From: an uncultured Eubacteriales bacterium
GTDB lineage: Bacteria > Acidobacteriota > Aminicenantia > Aminicenantales > Aminicenantaceae
Direction of reading: 5' to 3'
Assembly (NCBI GenBank): GCA_964448655.1
Contig: CAYUXD010000002.1
Span: forward strand, 1-38,095
DNA length: 38,095 bases
The notes beneath the pieces were generated by a model. That model was given only the letters and a program-made list of their open reading frames with translations, had not been told where the DNA came from and did not search any database. Shown in pieces: positions 18,557-27,024 of the stretch. Every line of letters starts with the position of its first letter. Position 1 is the first letter of the stretch. A program made the translations under genes and the position numbers.

Positions 18557-20014
18557 CTAGTTGCCTGTTTTCTTATTGGGCTCAAGGGCAGGAATTGTGA
18601 TATCAATAACGTTAACTTCTCCTAGAGTAGAGAGAGGCTTGTCAAAGTCTTCCTTTTTCCCCACTACTAAAATTTGAACTTTATCTGGACGGAGGTATTT
18701 CTTTGCCACTCGCAGGACATCTTCTTTTGTGACTTTCTCCACCCCTTTCTTAACCCTGTCCATAAAATCCAGGGGATAACCGAAGAAGGCATAGGTCATC
18801 AAACGATTTACTATTTTTGCGCGGCTGTCAAAATTAAAGACAAAAGAATTCAGGTATTCATCCTTGGCTCTGGCCAACTCTTCGCTACCTACTTCCTCCT
18901 CTCTAATTCTTTTTAGCTCTTTGAGCATTAATTCTATGGCATAAACGGTCGATTCTGATTTGGTTTGAGCTCCGCACCTAAAAACTCCGGGAACCTGATA
19001 GTTTGCTCCATAATATCCCCAAACATCATAAGCAAGTCCTTCATCCGTTCTTATTTTCTTGAACATTCGGTCCCAGGAAAGAATGCTGTTCATCACACTC
19101 AAGGCTGGGTAATCAGGGTTGTCCATCAGGCCGCCGATGTGGCCGAGCATGATGTTAGACTGGCTGACATCTGGCTTATTAATATAATTTATTGTGTATT
19201 TATACTCATAACTGACCTGAGGCAGAGCAGGGACTTCAGCTTCTGTATCTTTCCATTCTCCCAGAGCTTTTTTTATCTTAGCCACCATATCCTTTGGGCT
19301 GAAATCTCCCCATACTGCCATAATGGTGTTATTCGGAAAGAAATATTTCCTGTAAAAATCAACAATGTCCTGCCTTGTTATAGCTTCAATAGTGGCGTAT
19401 TCTGGATGCCGGGCATAGGGACTGTCTTTGCCATAGATTAATTTTTGAAACTCCCGGTATGCTATCTGCTCTACTTCGTCATTCCGCCGAGAGATAGCCG
19501 TCTTTTCCCGGATCTTTGCCAAGTTGATTTTGTCCTCTTGAAAAGCAGGATTCATCAAGATATCCGCCAGGATTTCTAGAGCCCTGTCAATATCTTCTTT
19601 AAGAACAGAAACCGTTATGTATCCTGAAGTCAACCCGATGCCTGTTGAAACATAGGCTGCCATGGTTTCCAGTTCCTTATCGATTTCATCCCCTGTCATT
19701 GACGTAGTCCCTCCAGTGCGGAGAACTCGCCCTGTAATAGACCCGAGTCCGATTTTAGAGGCCGATTCAAAAACAGAGCCCAGGCGCACCATGGCCCGCA
19801 TGTCTATGGTCGGATACTCATGATCCTCGACCAAAAATAGTTCTAGTCCGTTTCCGAGTTCAACTCTTTCCACTTTCGGCATTTTGATAGGATTCAGCGG
19901 GGGAAATATAAACTTTTCCTTGGGGCTCATCTGAGCATAAACAGAAGTCCCACAAAAAAGAATCGAAAGAAATAAAGCAAGAAAAAGTGCAGTTAATTTT
20001 CTCTGTTGTTTCAT
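18557..20014 (-). CDS. M16-family peptidase, non-catalytic-type subunit (no HxxEH)
   Basis: M16 fold pattern without a zinc motif. Signal peptide MKQQRKLTALFLALFLSILFCGTSVYA. I prefer the start at 20014 (GGAAAGGA Shine-Dalgarno) over the track start at 20053. Confidence 0.8.
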   Translation of the reverse strand: MKQQRKLTALFLALFLSILFCGTSVYAQMSPKEKFIFPPLNPIKMPKVERVELGNGLELFLVEDHEYPTIDMRAMVRLGSVFESASKIGLGSITGRVLRTGGTTSMTGDEIDKELETMAAYVSTGIGLTSGYITVSVLKEDIDRALEILADILMNPAFQEDKINLAKIREKTAISRRNDEVEQIAYREFQKLIYGKDSPYARHPEYATIEAITRQDIVDFYRKYFFPNNTIMAVWGDFSPKDMVAKIKKALGEWKDTEAEVPALPQVSYEYKYTINYINKPDVSQSNIMLGHIGGLMDNPDYPALSVMNSILSWDRMFKKIRTDEGLAYDVWGYYGANYQVPGVFRCGAQTKSESTVYAIELMLKELKRIREEEVGSEELARAKDEYLNSFVFNFDSRAKIVNRLMTYAFFGYPLDFMDRVKKGVEKVTKEDVLRVAKKYLRPDKVQILVVGKKEDFDKPLSTLGEVNVIDITIPALEPNKKTGN

Positions 20015-20070
20015 TGTCCTTTCCTTCCTATGAAAAAAATTTATAACGCTCATGTCCTCTTCCCTGAGGT

Positions 20071-21576
20071 TTATTTTTCAGGAACGATCTCACCGATTGT
20101 CCTGTGTTTCTTGATCAGGTATTTGTTGGCAACATGCTTGACATCCTCTGCCGTAACAGCTCTGATTTGTTGTATCTGATCAAAGGCTGCGTCCAAACTT
20201 CCTAGGACGACCTCAGCATAAGTCAGCAACTCAGCCATGCTAGAATTCGACTCCATTTCATTCAGTAAGCTTTTAACAGTGCCTCTTTTAAATTTAGTCA
20301 ATTCCTCTGGAGTTACCAATTCCTTTTTCACTTTTTCAATCTCTTCATCGATCAGTTCCAAACACTCAGCAGAGGTATGATCCCTGGAAGGGATAGCATA
20401 GAAGGCTATGAGATTTGAATATTTCTCACCTGGAAATCCATTAAAGCTCATCACATTAACAGCTACCTTTTTATCTTTCACAAGAACCTCATAAAGCCTT
20501 GAAGAGCGTCCCTGACCCAAAATATTGGCCAAAGCCTCCAAGGGAATATTGTCCTCATGGCGATAGTCCGGACGGTGATAGCCAATAAGAATCATTGGCT
20601 GGGATTTTGCCTCGACGATGACCCGCCTCTCTCCCCACTGTTCAGGCTCTTTTGTCCTGATAGGCTCTGGCTTGGGGCCGCTGGGAATACGGCCAAAATA
20701 GACTTCGGCCATTTTGAAGACCTCCTCTGCCTTAACATCTCCAACAATCCCCACTGTCAGATTACTCGGGCCATAGAACTTCTTGAAGTATTGCTCTACA
20801 TCTAATCGTGTGATATTTTCCAGATCAGACATGTGGCCGACAACTGAATGTCCGTAGGGATGAGCTTTAAAAGCGGTAGCAAAAAAGTCTTCAAACATTC
20901 TCCCTGTTGGCCGAGTCTCTACACCAAGTCTTCTCTCCTCCATAACAACATCCCTTTCTTTGAAAAACTCACGAAAAACAGGATTGAAAAAACGATCTGA
21001 CATCATGGCCATCCAGAATTCCACCTTGTTTGAAGGCAGGCTGTCAATGTATTGCGTGGCATCATTGCTGGTGTAGGCATTGATTATGCGATCCCCTTCT
21101 TTCATTAACATATTGTCGGCTTCACTAGTGACAACATATTCCTTGGCTTTCATACGCAGAGCCTCGAACTTCTTTTCCATTTCTTCAAGTTTCTTGGCGT
21201 CCGGCTTGGCCTTGGCCTTCTCTCCTTTTATCTGGTCAAAAATGGCATCCAGTTCTACGAGTATCTTTTTTTCTGCCTCGTAGTCTTTTGTTCCCACAAT
21301 CCTTGTGCCTTTGAAAGCCATGTGTTCCAAAAGGTGAGAAATGCCTGTTATCCCGTAGGACTCATTGGCACTTCCCACATCCGCATAAACATGAAATGAT
21401 ACAACAGGAGCTTCGTGACGTTCGAGAACTATGAATTTCATGCCGCTTTTCAAGGTATGGACCTTGACTTTGTTTTTAATGGCTTCGAAAGTTTGAGCAT
21501 CAACGAAGATTTTGATGGTTGTAATTATGACAAAAAATAAAACCAGCTTTAAAAAAAACTCTTTCCTCGGACGCAT
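20071..21576 (-). CDS. M16-family zinc peptidase (pitrilysin-like), catalytic subunit
   Basis: Inverted zinc motif HLLEHMAFKGT (HxxEH). Signal or anchor sequence. I prefer the start at 21576 (AAGGAGG, 8-nt spacing) over 21621. Confidence 0.85.
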   Translation of the reverse strand: MRPRKEFFLKLVLFFVIITTIKIFVDAQTFEAIKNKVKVHTLKSGMKFIVLERHEAPVVSFHVYADVGSANESYGITGISHLLEHMAFKGTRIVGTKDYEAEKKILVELDAIFDQIKGEKAKAKPDAKKLEEMEKKFEALRMKAKEYVVTSEADNMLMKEGDRIINAYTSNDATQYIDSLPSNKVEFWMAMMSDRFFNPVFREFFKERDVVMEERRLGVETRPTGRMFEDFFATAFKAHPYGHSVVGHMSDLENITRLDVEQYFKKFYGPSNLTVGIVGDVKAEEVFKMAEVYFGRIPSGPKPEPIRTKEPEQWGERRVIVEAKSQPMILIGYHRPDYRHEDNIPLEALANILGQGRSSRLYEVLVKDKKVAVNVMSFNGFPGEKYSNLIAFYAIPSRDHTSAECLELIDEEIEKVKKELVTPEELTKFKRGTVKSLLNEMESNSSMAELLTYAEVVLGSLDAAFDQIQQIRAVTAEDVKHVANKYLIKKHRTIGEIVPEK

Positions 21577-21652
21577 GCTTTTAGCCTCCTTAAGTTGTAT
21601 TTTAGACGAGACTGTCTTCACTCTCTTATTAAAACTATTACTTGTGTTAAAT

Positions 21653-21720
21653 GGACATTCCCAAAGGGAGCAGTCCTCCTAATACTAAAGACTAAAGAGA
21701 CGTTCCTAAAGGGGACAGTC
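21653..21720. repeat. two short hairpin-forming direct repeats sharing the AAAGGG(G/A)(A/G)CAG core
   Basis: GGACATTCCCAAAGGGAGCAGTCC (21653-21676) and GACGTTCCTAAAGGGGACAGTC (21699-21720). They lie in the aspS / M16 intergenic region, and the core resembles the terminus of the 3052/25521 element. Confidence 0.3.
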
Positions 21721-21793
21721 TTATTATGACAAATACATATAAAGGCGTCTCTTTTGGGTACGTTCCCATAATTACATAATTATAGCTATATAC

Positions 21794-23200
21794 TTATCCT
21801 TTGCTCTTTTTCAGTCCCAGATCTTCAAGCTGGTTTGGATCTGCTTCTGCTGGTGAACCTGTGAGCAAACACAAGGCACTCGTTGTTTTGGGGAAGGGAA
21901 TCACATCTCGGATAGATTCTTCACCAGCCAGAATCATCACAATCCTATCAAATCCCAGCGCAATACCACCATGGGGAGGAGTTCCGTAAAGAAGGGCCTC
22001 CAAAAAAAAGCCGAACTTTTCCTTGACTTCTTCTTGACTCAAGCCGAGAAGCTTGAAAATCCTCTTTTGAAGCTCAGGGTCATGTATTCGGATAGAACCT
22101 CCTCCAATCTCAACACCATTAAGAACCAGGTCATAAGCCTTGGCTCTTACCTTAGACGGATCTTTCTCAAGGAAACCTAGATCATCCTCATGAGGCGAAG
22201 TGAAAGGGTGATGCATGGAGAGAAGCCGTTTTTCCTCCTCGCGCCACTCAAAGAGAGGAAAATCTGTGACCCAGGCGAATTTGAAAGTTTTTTTGTCCTT
22301 TTCTTGGCGCAAGTCTGGCTTATCCGTACCGAATTTTTCCATGCTCTCTTCGTAGGTTAATCGGGGAAATGGAATATCTATCTTTGCCCCTATAAGTTTA
22401 AAAACAGAGGCCATCATTGCTTCAACCAAACCGAATATATCCTCCGGCTCTGCAAAACTCATTTCTATATCGATCTGGGTAAATTCAGGTTGGCGGTCAG
22501 CTCTTAAATCTTCATCGCGAAAACAGCGAACGATCTGAAAATAGCGGTCAAACCCAGAAATCATCAGAATCTGCTTGAAAAGCTGAGGGGATTGAGGTAG
22601 AGCATAAAACCTTCCCTTGTACATTCGGCTGGGCACCAGGTAGTCTCTAGCTCCTTCAGGAGTAGATTTGGTCAAGAACGGCGTTTCAATCTCTAAAAAG
22701 CCATTTTCGCTCATAAAATTGCGGATGCAGAGTGCTGCCTGATGCCTGAGCTTAATGTTACGCTGCATCGAGGGCCTTCTCATATCCAGATACCTGTATT
22801 TAAAGCGGAGTTCTTCTGACGCCTGAGGAGGATCGGCAATAACAAAGGGTGGAATCTTAGATGTGCCGATAATTTTCAGTTTTTTGGCCTCGACCTCTAT
22901 ATCTCCGGTAGGAAGCTGGGGATTTCGGGATCTTTCTGCCCTCTTCTTAACCACCCCTTTTATGCCCACCACATTTTCCATCTTAACCTTCTTGGCCTCA
23001 TCCAAGAGTGCTCCCTCAGAAGAAGGAACAACGACCTGAACCACCCCCTCTCTATCTCTAAGGTCAATAAAGACCAGGTTTCCTATGTCTCTTTGCCTGT
23101 GAACCCATCCCAGAAGAGTCACTTCCTTTCCCGCATGCTCTGAGCGGAGTTCTCCACAGTAGACTGTTCGTCGCCACTTTGATGATTTGTTAGTCCCCAT
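21794..23200 (-). CDS. aspS: aspartate--tRNA ligase, bacterial-type sequence but lacking the GAD insertion domain
   Basis: 468 aa. Motifs QSPQLFKQ and RCFRDEDLRADRQPEFTQ, with C-terminal GG.A.G.DR. The sequence runs directly from DKPDLR to FKFAWVTDFP. Confidence 0.9.
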   Translation of the reverse strand: MGTNKSSKWRRTVYCGELRSEHAGKEVTLLGWVHRQRDIGNLVFIDLRDREGVVQVVVPSSEGALLDEAKKVKMENVVGIKGVVKKRAERSRNPQLPTGDIEVEAKKLKIIGTSKIPPFVIADPPQASEELRFKYRYLDMRRPSMQRNIKLRHQAALCIRNFMSENGFLEIETPFLTKSTPEGARDYLVPSRMYKGRFYALPQSPQLFKQILMISGFDRYFQIVRCFRDEDLRADRQPEFTQIDIEMSFAEPEDIFGLVEAMMASVFKLIGAKIDIPFPRLTYEESMEKFGTDKPDLRQEKDKKTFKFAWVTDFPLFEWREEEKRLLSMHHPFTSPHEDDLGFLEKDPSKVRAKAYDLVLNGVEIGGGSIRIHDPELQKRIFKLLGLSQEEVKEKFGFFLEALLYGTPPHGGIALGFDRIVMILAGEESIRDVIPFPKTTSALCLLTGSPAEADPNQLEDLGLKKSKG

Positions 23201-23233
23201 TTGTTCTATCCTTGTCAGGTAGTAGTAAATCCT

Positions 23234-24484
23234 CTAAGAAGACTCTCGGATGATTTTGAGGATTTCATCTTGAGTTCCCTCCACCTGCAAACCGGAAGCC
23301 ATGTTCTTCAGTTTATACTTCTTTTCCTTAACCTCTTCTTCGCCAATAATCAAAACCCAGGCTGCTCCCAATTTATTGGCTCGACTCATCTGGCTTTTTA
23401 TGCTTCGTTCTTTGTATTCAATGAGGCACTCCACACTCTCTCTCCTCAAAAACTGGACTGCTTTCATCCCTACTCTCTTAGATTCATCTCCTAAGTAGGC
23501 TAAATAAAGGAATTCCCCCTTCTCCTCTTTAAAGGGAACAACTGAGATCAGCCTTTCTAAACCCATGGCAAAACCGATTGCACAAATGTCGGGGCCTCCA
23601 AAATCCTTCATCATATCATCGTATCTTCCCCCGCCAATGAGCGCATTCTGGGCCCCCAGCTTGGAGGAGGCAATCTCAAAAGTCGTTTTCGTGTAATAAT
23701 CTATGCCTCGAACCAGGCGTGGTTCGACTTTATATTTTATCCCGTAGAAAGCCAGGTAATCGCAAAATCTACTGAAATGCTCCTTACACTCCTGGCAGAG
23801 ATAATCTGTAATCTTAGGAAATGTTTTAGCCGCTTCACGGCAGGTCTCTATTTTGCAGTCAAAAATCCTCAAAGGATTTAACTCAACCTTTCTCTGACAG
23901 TCTTCACACAGGTCGTGTCTTGCCTTCTCTGCACGACTTCTCAAATCTTTTATATAGGAAGGTCGGCATTTCTTACAGCCGACGGAATTTACAAGGTTTT
24001 CTGTAGCGGAAACCTTTAGTTCTCTGAGTAGATAATTCGCCATCTCCACGATCTCAGCATCAAGGGCCGGATCCTCTTCACCAAACACTTCGATATCCAC
24101 CTGATGAAACTGGCGATAACGTCCTTTCTGCGGCTTGTCGTAGCGAAACATCGGGCCAACATAGTAAAATCTCAAGGGCTCAGGCTGAAGATACAGGCGA
24201 TTTTCGATGATGGAACGGACCACAGAAGGAGTGTATTCTGGCCGCAGGGTTAAAGACCGCCCCGCCTTATCTTTAAAAGTGTACATTTCTTTGATAACGA
24301 TATCAGTAGTCTGTCCTGTCCCTTTTTCAAACAGTTCTGTGGCTTCAAAGACGGGAGTCCTGATTTCTTTGTAGGCATAGAGTTCGAGGACTCTCTTGGT
24401 CACCGACTCAACTCTCTGCCACTTCTTTGCTTCTCGAGGAAGGATATCTTTTGTTCCCTTTATGGCAGAGATCTGTTTTTTCAT
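23234..24484 (-). CDS. hisS: histidine--tRNA ligase
   Basis: 416 aa. N-terminal KGT.D.LP, motif 2 FRYDKPQKGRYRQFHQ, and the GGGRYD block. Confidence 0.9.
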   Translation of the reverse strand: MKKQISAIKGTKDILPREAKKWQRVESVTKRVLELYAYKEIRTPVFEATELFEKGTGQTTDIVIKEMYTFKDKAGRSLTLRPEYTPSVVRSIIENRLYLQPEPLRFYYVGPMFRYDKPQKGRYRQFHQVDIEVFGEEDPALDAEIVEMANYLLRELKVSATENLVNSVGCKKCRPSYIKDLRSRAEKARHDLCEDCQRKVELNPLRIFDCKIETCREAAKTFPKITDYLCQECKEHFSRFCDYLAFYGIKYKVEPRLVRGIDYYTKTTFEIASSKLGAQNALIGGGRYDDMMKDFGGPDICAIGFAMGLERLISVVPFKEEKGEFLYLAYLGDESKRVGMKAVQFLRRESVECLIEYKERSIKSQMSRANKLGAAWVLIIGEEEVKEKKYKLKNMASGLQVEGTQDEILKIIRESS

Positions 24485-25437
24485 TTCTCCGTAAACACTC
24501 CTATCTCCCTGAATTTTTTATATCTCATTTTTATTCTCTCTTCAGGGGATATCTGTTGCAGCTTTTTTAGAGTCAGATTAAGGTCTTTGTCTACATTCTT
24601 GAATGCTTGTTCAGGATCTATGTGCGCGCCACCAGGTGGTTCGGCGATAATTTTATCAATTATTCCCATATCCAATAGATCCTTGGCCTCAATCTTCAAA
24701 TTCTCTGCGGCTTTGGTAACAGCTTCCTGATCTTTCCAGAGGATCGCCGCACAACCTTCAGGGGAAATAACGGAGTAGAAGGAATGCTCGAGCATCAAAA
24801 TAGCATCCCCCACACCTATGGCCAGCGCTCCTCCACTCCCGCCTTCTCCGATAACCACGTTTACAACAGGAATTTTTAGCTTTGAGATTTCCCTTAAATT
24901 ATAGGCAATCGCTTCTGCTTGACCTCGCTCTTCAGCTTTAATCCCTGGGTAAGCTCCGGGAGTATCGATAAGGGTTACTACTGGAAAGCCAAATTTTTCT
25001 GCCAATTTCATGACTCTGAGGGCTTTGCGATAGCCCTCTGGATTAGGTTGGCCAAAATTGCGATCTATTCTCTCCTTTGTTGTCCGTCCCTTTTGATGTC
25101 CGATGAGTCCAACAGTGCTCCCTCTATAGAAACCAAGACCAGTCACGATAGCAGGATCATCTCCTGCCCGCCGATCTCCGTGAATTTCCATAAAATCCTC
25201 AATCATATAATCTATGTAATCCAGAGTATAAGGCCTCTTGGGGTGGCGGGCTATTTGAACGATGTGCAGAGGAGTAAGATGCGGCCTGATCTTGGCCCAT
25301 TCTTTCTCTATTTGCTTTCTTAGCTCGACGACTTTCTCTTCTTTGTCCGCCTTCTCACTCGATTGGAGCTCCTCTATTTTCTCATTGAGAGCAACAATGT
25401 TTTTTTCTAACTGGTAGAAATCTCTTTCGTCTTTCAT
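24481..25437 (-). CDS. accA: acetyl-CoA carboxylase carboxyltransferase alpha subunit
   Basis: 318 aa. Motifs RP...DYI...F.E.HGDR and TPGAYPG..AEERGQ.EAIA. ATGA overlap with hisS. Confidence 0.9.
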   Translation of the reverse strand: MKDERDFYQLEKNIVALNEKIEELQSSEKADKEEKVVELRKQIEKEWAKIRPHLTPLHIVQIARHPKRPYTLDYIDYMIEDFMEIHGDRRAGDDPAIVTGLGFYRGSTVGLIGHQKGRTTKERIDRNFGQPNPEGYRKALRVMKLAEKFGFPVVTLIDTPGAYPGIKAEERGQAEAIAYNLREISKLKIPVVNVVIGEGGSGGALAIGVGDAILMLEHSFYSVISPEGCAAILWKDQEAVTKAAENLKIEAKDLLDMGIIDKIIAEPPGGAHIDPEQAFKNVDKDLNLTLKKLQQISPEERIKMRYKKFREIGVFTEK

Positions 25438-25476
25438 CTCTCTGATGATAAAAAAGTGTCTTTTTTACCCGTCTAT

Positions 25477-25504
25477 TCTATAGAGTTGCTTGAATTAATG
25501 TCAA
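25477..25504 (-). promoter_or_regulatory. candidate sigma70-type promoter for accA-hisS-aspS
   Basis: On the - strand: TTGACA (25504-25499), 16-nt spacer, TATAGA (25482-25477), about 40 nt upstream of the accA ATG. Pattern match only. Confidence 0.35.
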
Positions 25505-25508
25505 GATG

Positions 25509-25676
25509 AGAAAAAGGGGCAAAAAGGGGACAGGCTACTTTTTTGCAAGTAAGGGGACATTTCTATGGGTTCAGGCCTTATCTCAGGGAATGCTATGAGG
25601 GCAAGTGGTAAGAATCTATCGTTTTCCGGTGGCAAGGCCTGACCCCAACAACAGAAAAAGTAGCCTGTCCCCTTTT
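25509..25676. repeat. palindromic MITE/REP-like element, copy 2 (inverted relative to copy 1; likely terminator after ORF221)
   Basis: AAAAAGGGGACAGGCTACTTTTTT (25521-25544) pairs with AAAAAGTAGCCTGTCCCCTTTT (25655-25676). The 80-bp centre (25567-25646) matches the reverse complement of 3165-3245. The - strand tail is CCCCTTTTTGCCCCTTTTTCTC. Confidence 0.6.
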
Positions 25677-25690
25677 ATATGGATGCAGAT

Positions 25691-26356
25691 TCAGGGATTC
25701 TGCTTATAGACTTTTAGCTTTTGGGCGGGAATGTGGAGGAATTTCAGGCTTCCTTCATCATCTGTTTCCATTTCCATGGTTATCCCGCTAATCTCCAGAA
25801 TCATCGAGCACGGGGATTCTTCATCAAATTTAAGGGAAAAGGGAACTTCGAACAGAGGGATGATATATGCAGAAAGCTCAACAGGTTCTTGGAGGTGGCA
25901 TCGAAATTTCTTGGCTACGACCATATAACAGGAGAAAACAGGATTCGGCAAAAGAAAAGCATCCCTCTTTATTTTAACTATGCTCTTCTGCTCCTGTCCT
26001 GAGACATGGATTGTGTTCTCAACTTGACCATCCACAATTTGACTTGAAATCTCCTGGGCTATCCCACCAACAGAAAATTTAAAATTGAATTGACGGGGAA
26101 TGAAACTTTTATCCAGGCGAAGGATCAGGCTATGGATTTCCATGTCAACCGGTTTTGTCATCCGGCCTTTTACCGAAAGGAGATAGCTCACCTCATCGGA
26201 CTGCCAAGTGTATTCCTCGTAGCCCACCTTTTCATCTTGAAAATATATAGAAAGAACTCCACTTTCAATTTCCTCTTCATACTGCCCCGCAAAGACAAAG
26301 AAAAAAAGCAACGATAAAAATATAAAGATGAATATAACCAATATTTTCTTAAACAT
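25691..26356 (-). CDS. hypothetical secreted or membrane-anchored protein
   Basis: 221-aa ORF with an N-terminal hydrophobic signal or anchor (MFKKILVIFIFIFLSLLFFFVFA). Co-directional with, and 52 nt downstream of, the anti-sigma gene. I recognise no motifs. Confidence 0.6.
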   Translation of the reverse strand: MFKKILVIFIFIFLSLLFFFVFAGQYEEEIESGVLSIYFQDEKVGYEEYTWQSDEVSYLLSVKGRMTKPVDMEIHSLILRLDKSFIPRQFNFKFSVGGIAQEISSQIVDGQVENTIHVSGQEQKSIVKIKRDAFLLPNPVFSCYMVVAKKFRCHLQEPVELSAYIIPLFEVPFSLKFDEESPCSMILEISGITMEMETDDEGSLKFLHIPAQKLKVYKQNP

Positions 26357-26408
26357 TCTATATCCCTATTCTATGCCGCTTATTCAACGCTAACGGCAGT
26401 GCCGTAAG

Positions 26409-26753
26409 CTAAGATTTCAGAGGCCATCTGGTAGAGGGGTCTTGAATGATACCCTCTACCATTTTATAGCCTCCAAAAAAAAGAATAATCATAGCACCAA
26501 TGGAGAGTATAATCCAGCCGATTCTCCTCTCCAGGCGATTATACACTGAAGCCCAATAGAGCTTCCATACATCCTTTGGGGGGTTTTTTAGCTCCATTTT
26601 GCTCATCACCTCCTCAAATTTTCCCATTTCCTCAAATTCTTGGCTGCATTCCGGACACTCCTCTAAATGCTTTTCTACTGTCTTCCTCTGCTCTTCATCC
26701 AGCTCCTTATCGTAATAGGAAGAAATGAGTTCTTTTATTTTTTTATGGTCCAT
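26409..26753 (-). CDS. zf-HC2 anti-sigma factor (single-pass membrane)
   Basis: HLEECPEC matches the H-x3-C-x2-C zinc motif. One TM helix (WIILSIGAMIILFFGGY). I prefer the start at 26753 (MDHKKIKEL, GAGGGAG Shine-Dalgarno) over the track start at 26843. Confidence 0.7.
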   Translation of the reverse strand: MDHKKIKELISSYYDKELDEEQRKTVEKHLEECPECSQEFEEMGKFEEVMSKMELKNPPKDVWKLYWASVYNRLERRIGWIILSIGAMIILFFGGYKMVEGIIQDPSTRWPLKS

Positions 26754-26982
26754 AAAAATCTCCCTCTCACACTTCCAGGCAAAGCCCAGATATTTCCCGA
26801 TAGTCTTTTTTAGCCTTTTTTTGGCATAGTACAGGGAAGACATAACAGTGCCTACGGGCTTCTCTGCTTCCTTTTTTGACTAATTCAATCAGCTCTCTTT
26901 CAGATAGGTCTCTATCTTTCCTCATCAAAAGCCCAACCTTACAGATAACGAGTTTCCTGCGGAGCGCTCTCTCCTCTGGCAT
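26754..26982 (-). pseudogene. remnant of an ECF-type sigma-70 family factor (internal deletion plus frameshift)
   Basis: Frame A reads ...DLSERELIELVKKGSREA, like the N-terminal lead-in of ECF sigmas. Frame B reads KPVGTVMSSLYYAKKRLKKTIG, like the region 4.2 HTH. Only 271 nt separate the anti-sigma start from the rlmB stop, too little for a full sigma factor. Confidence 0.45.
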
Positions 26983-27024
26983 CTTGTTTTCTCTCTTTTT
27001 ATAACTACTCTTTTTGTTTTGAAT

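Noticed and set aside
3052-25676. Possibility that the repeated AAAGGGGACAGGCTAC termini represent a CRISPR array or an invertible (shufflon-like) segment
   Set aside because: There are only two copies, 22 kb apart, with no spacer periodicity or cas genes. The apparent inversion of the centre is fully explained by the whole palindromic element lying in opposite orientation, and no recombinase gene is present.
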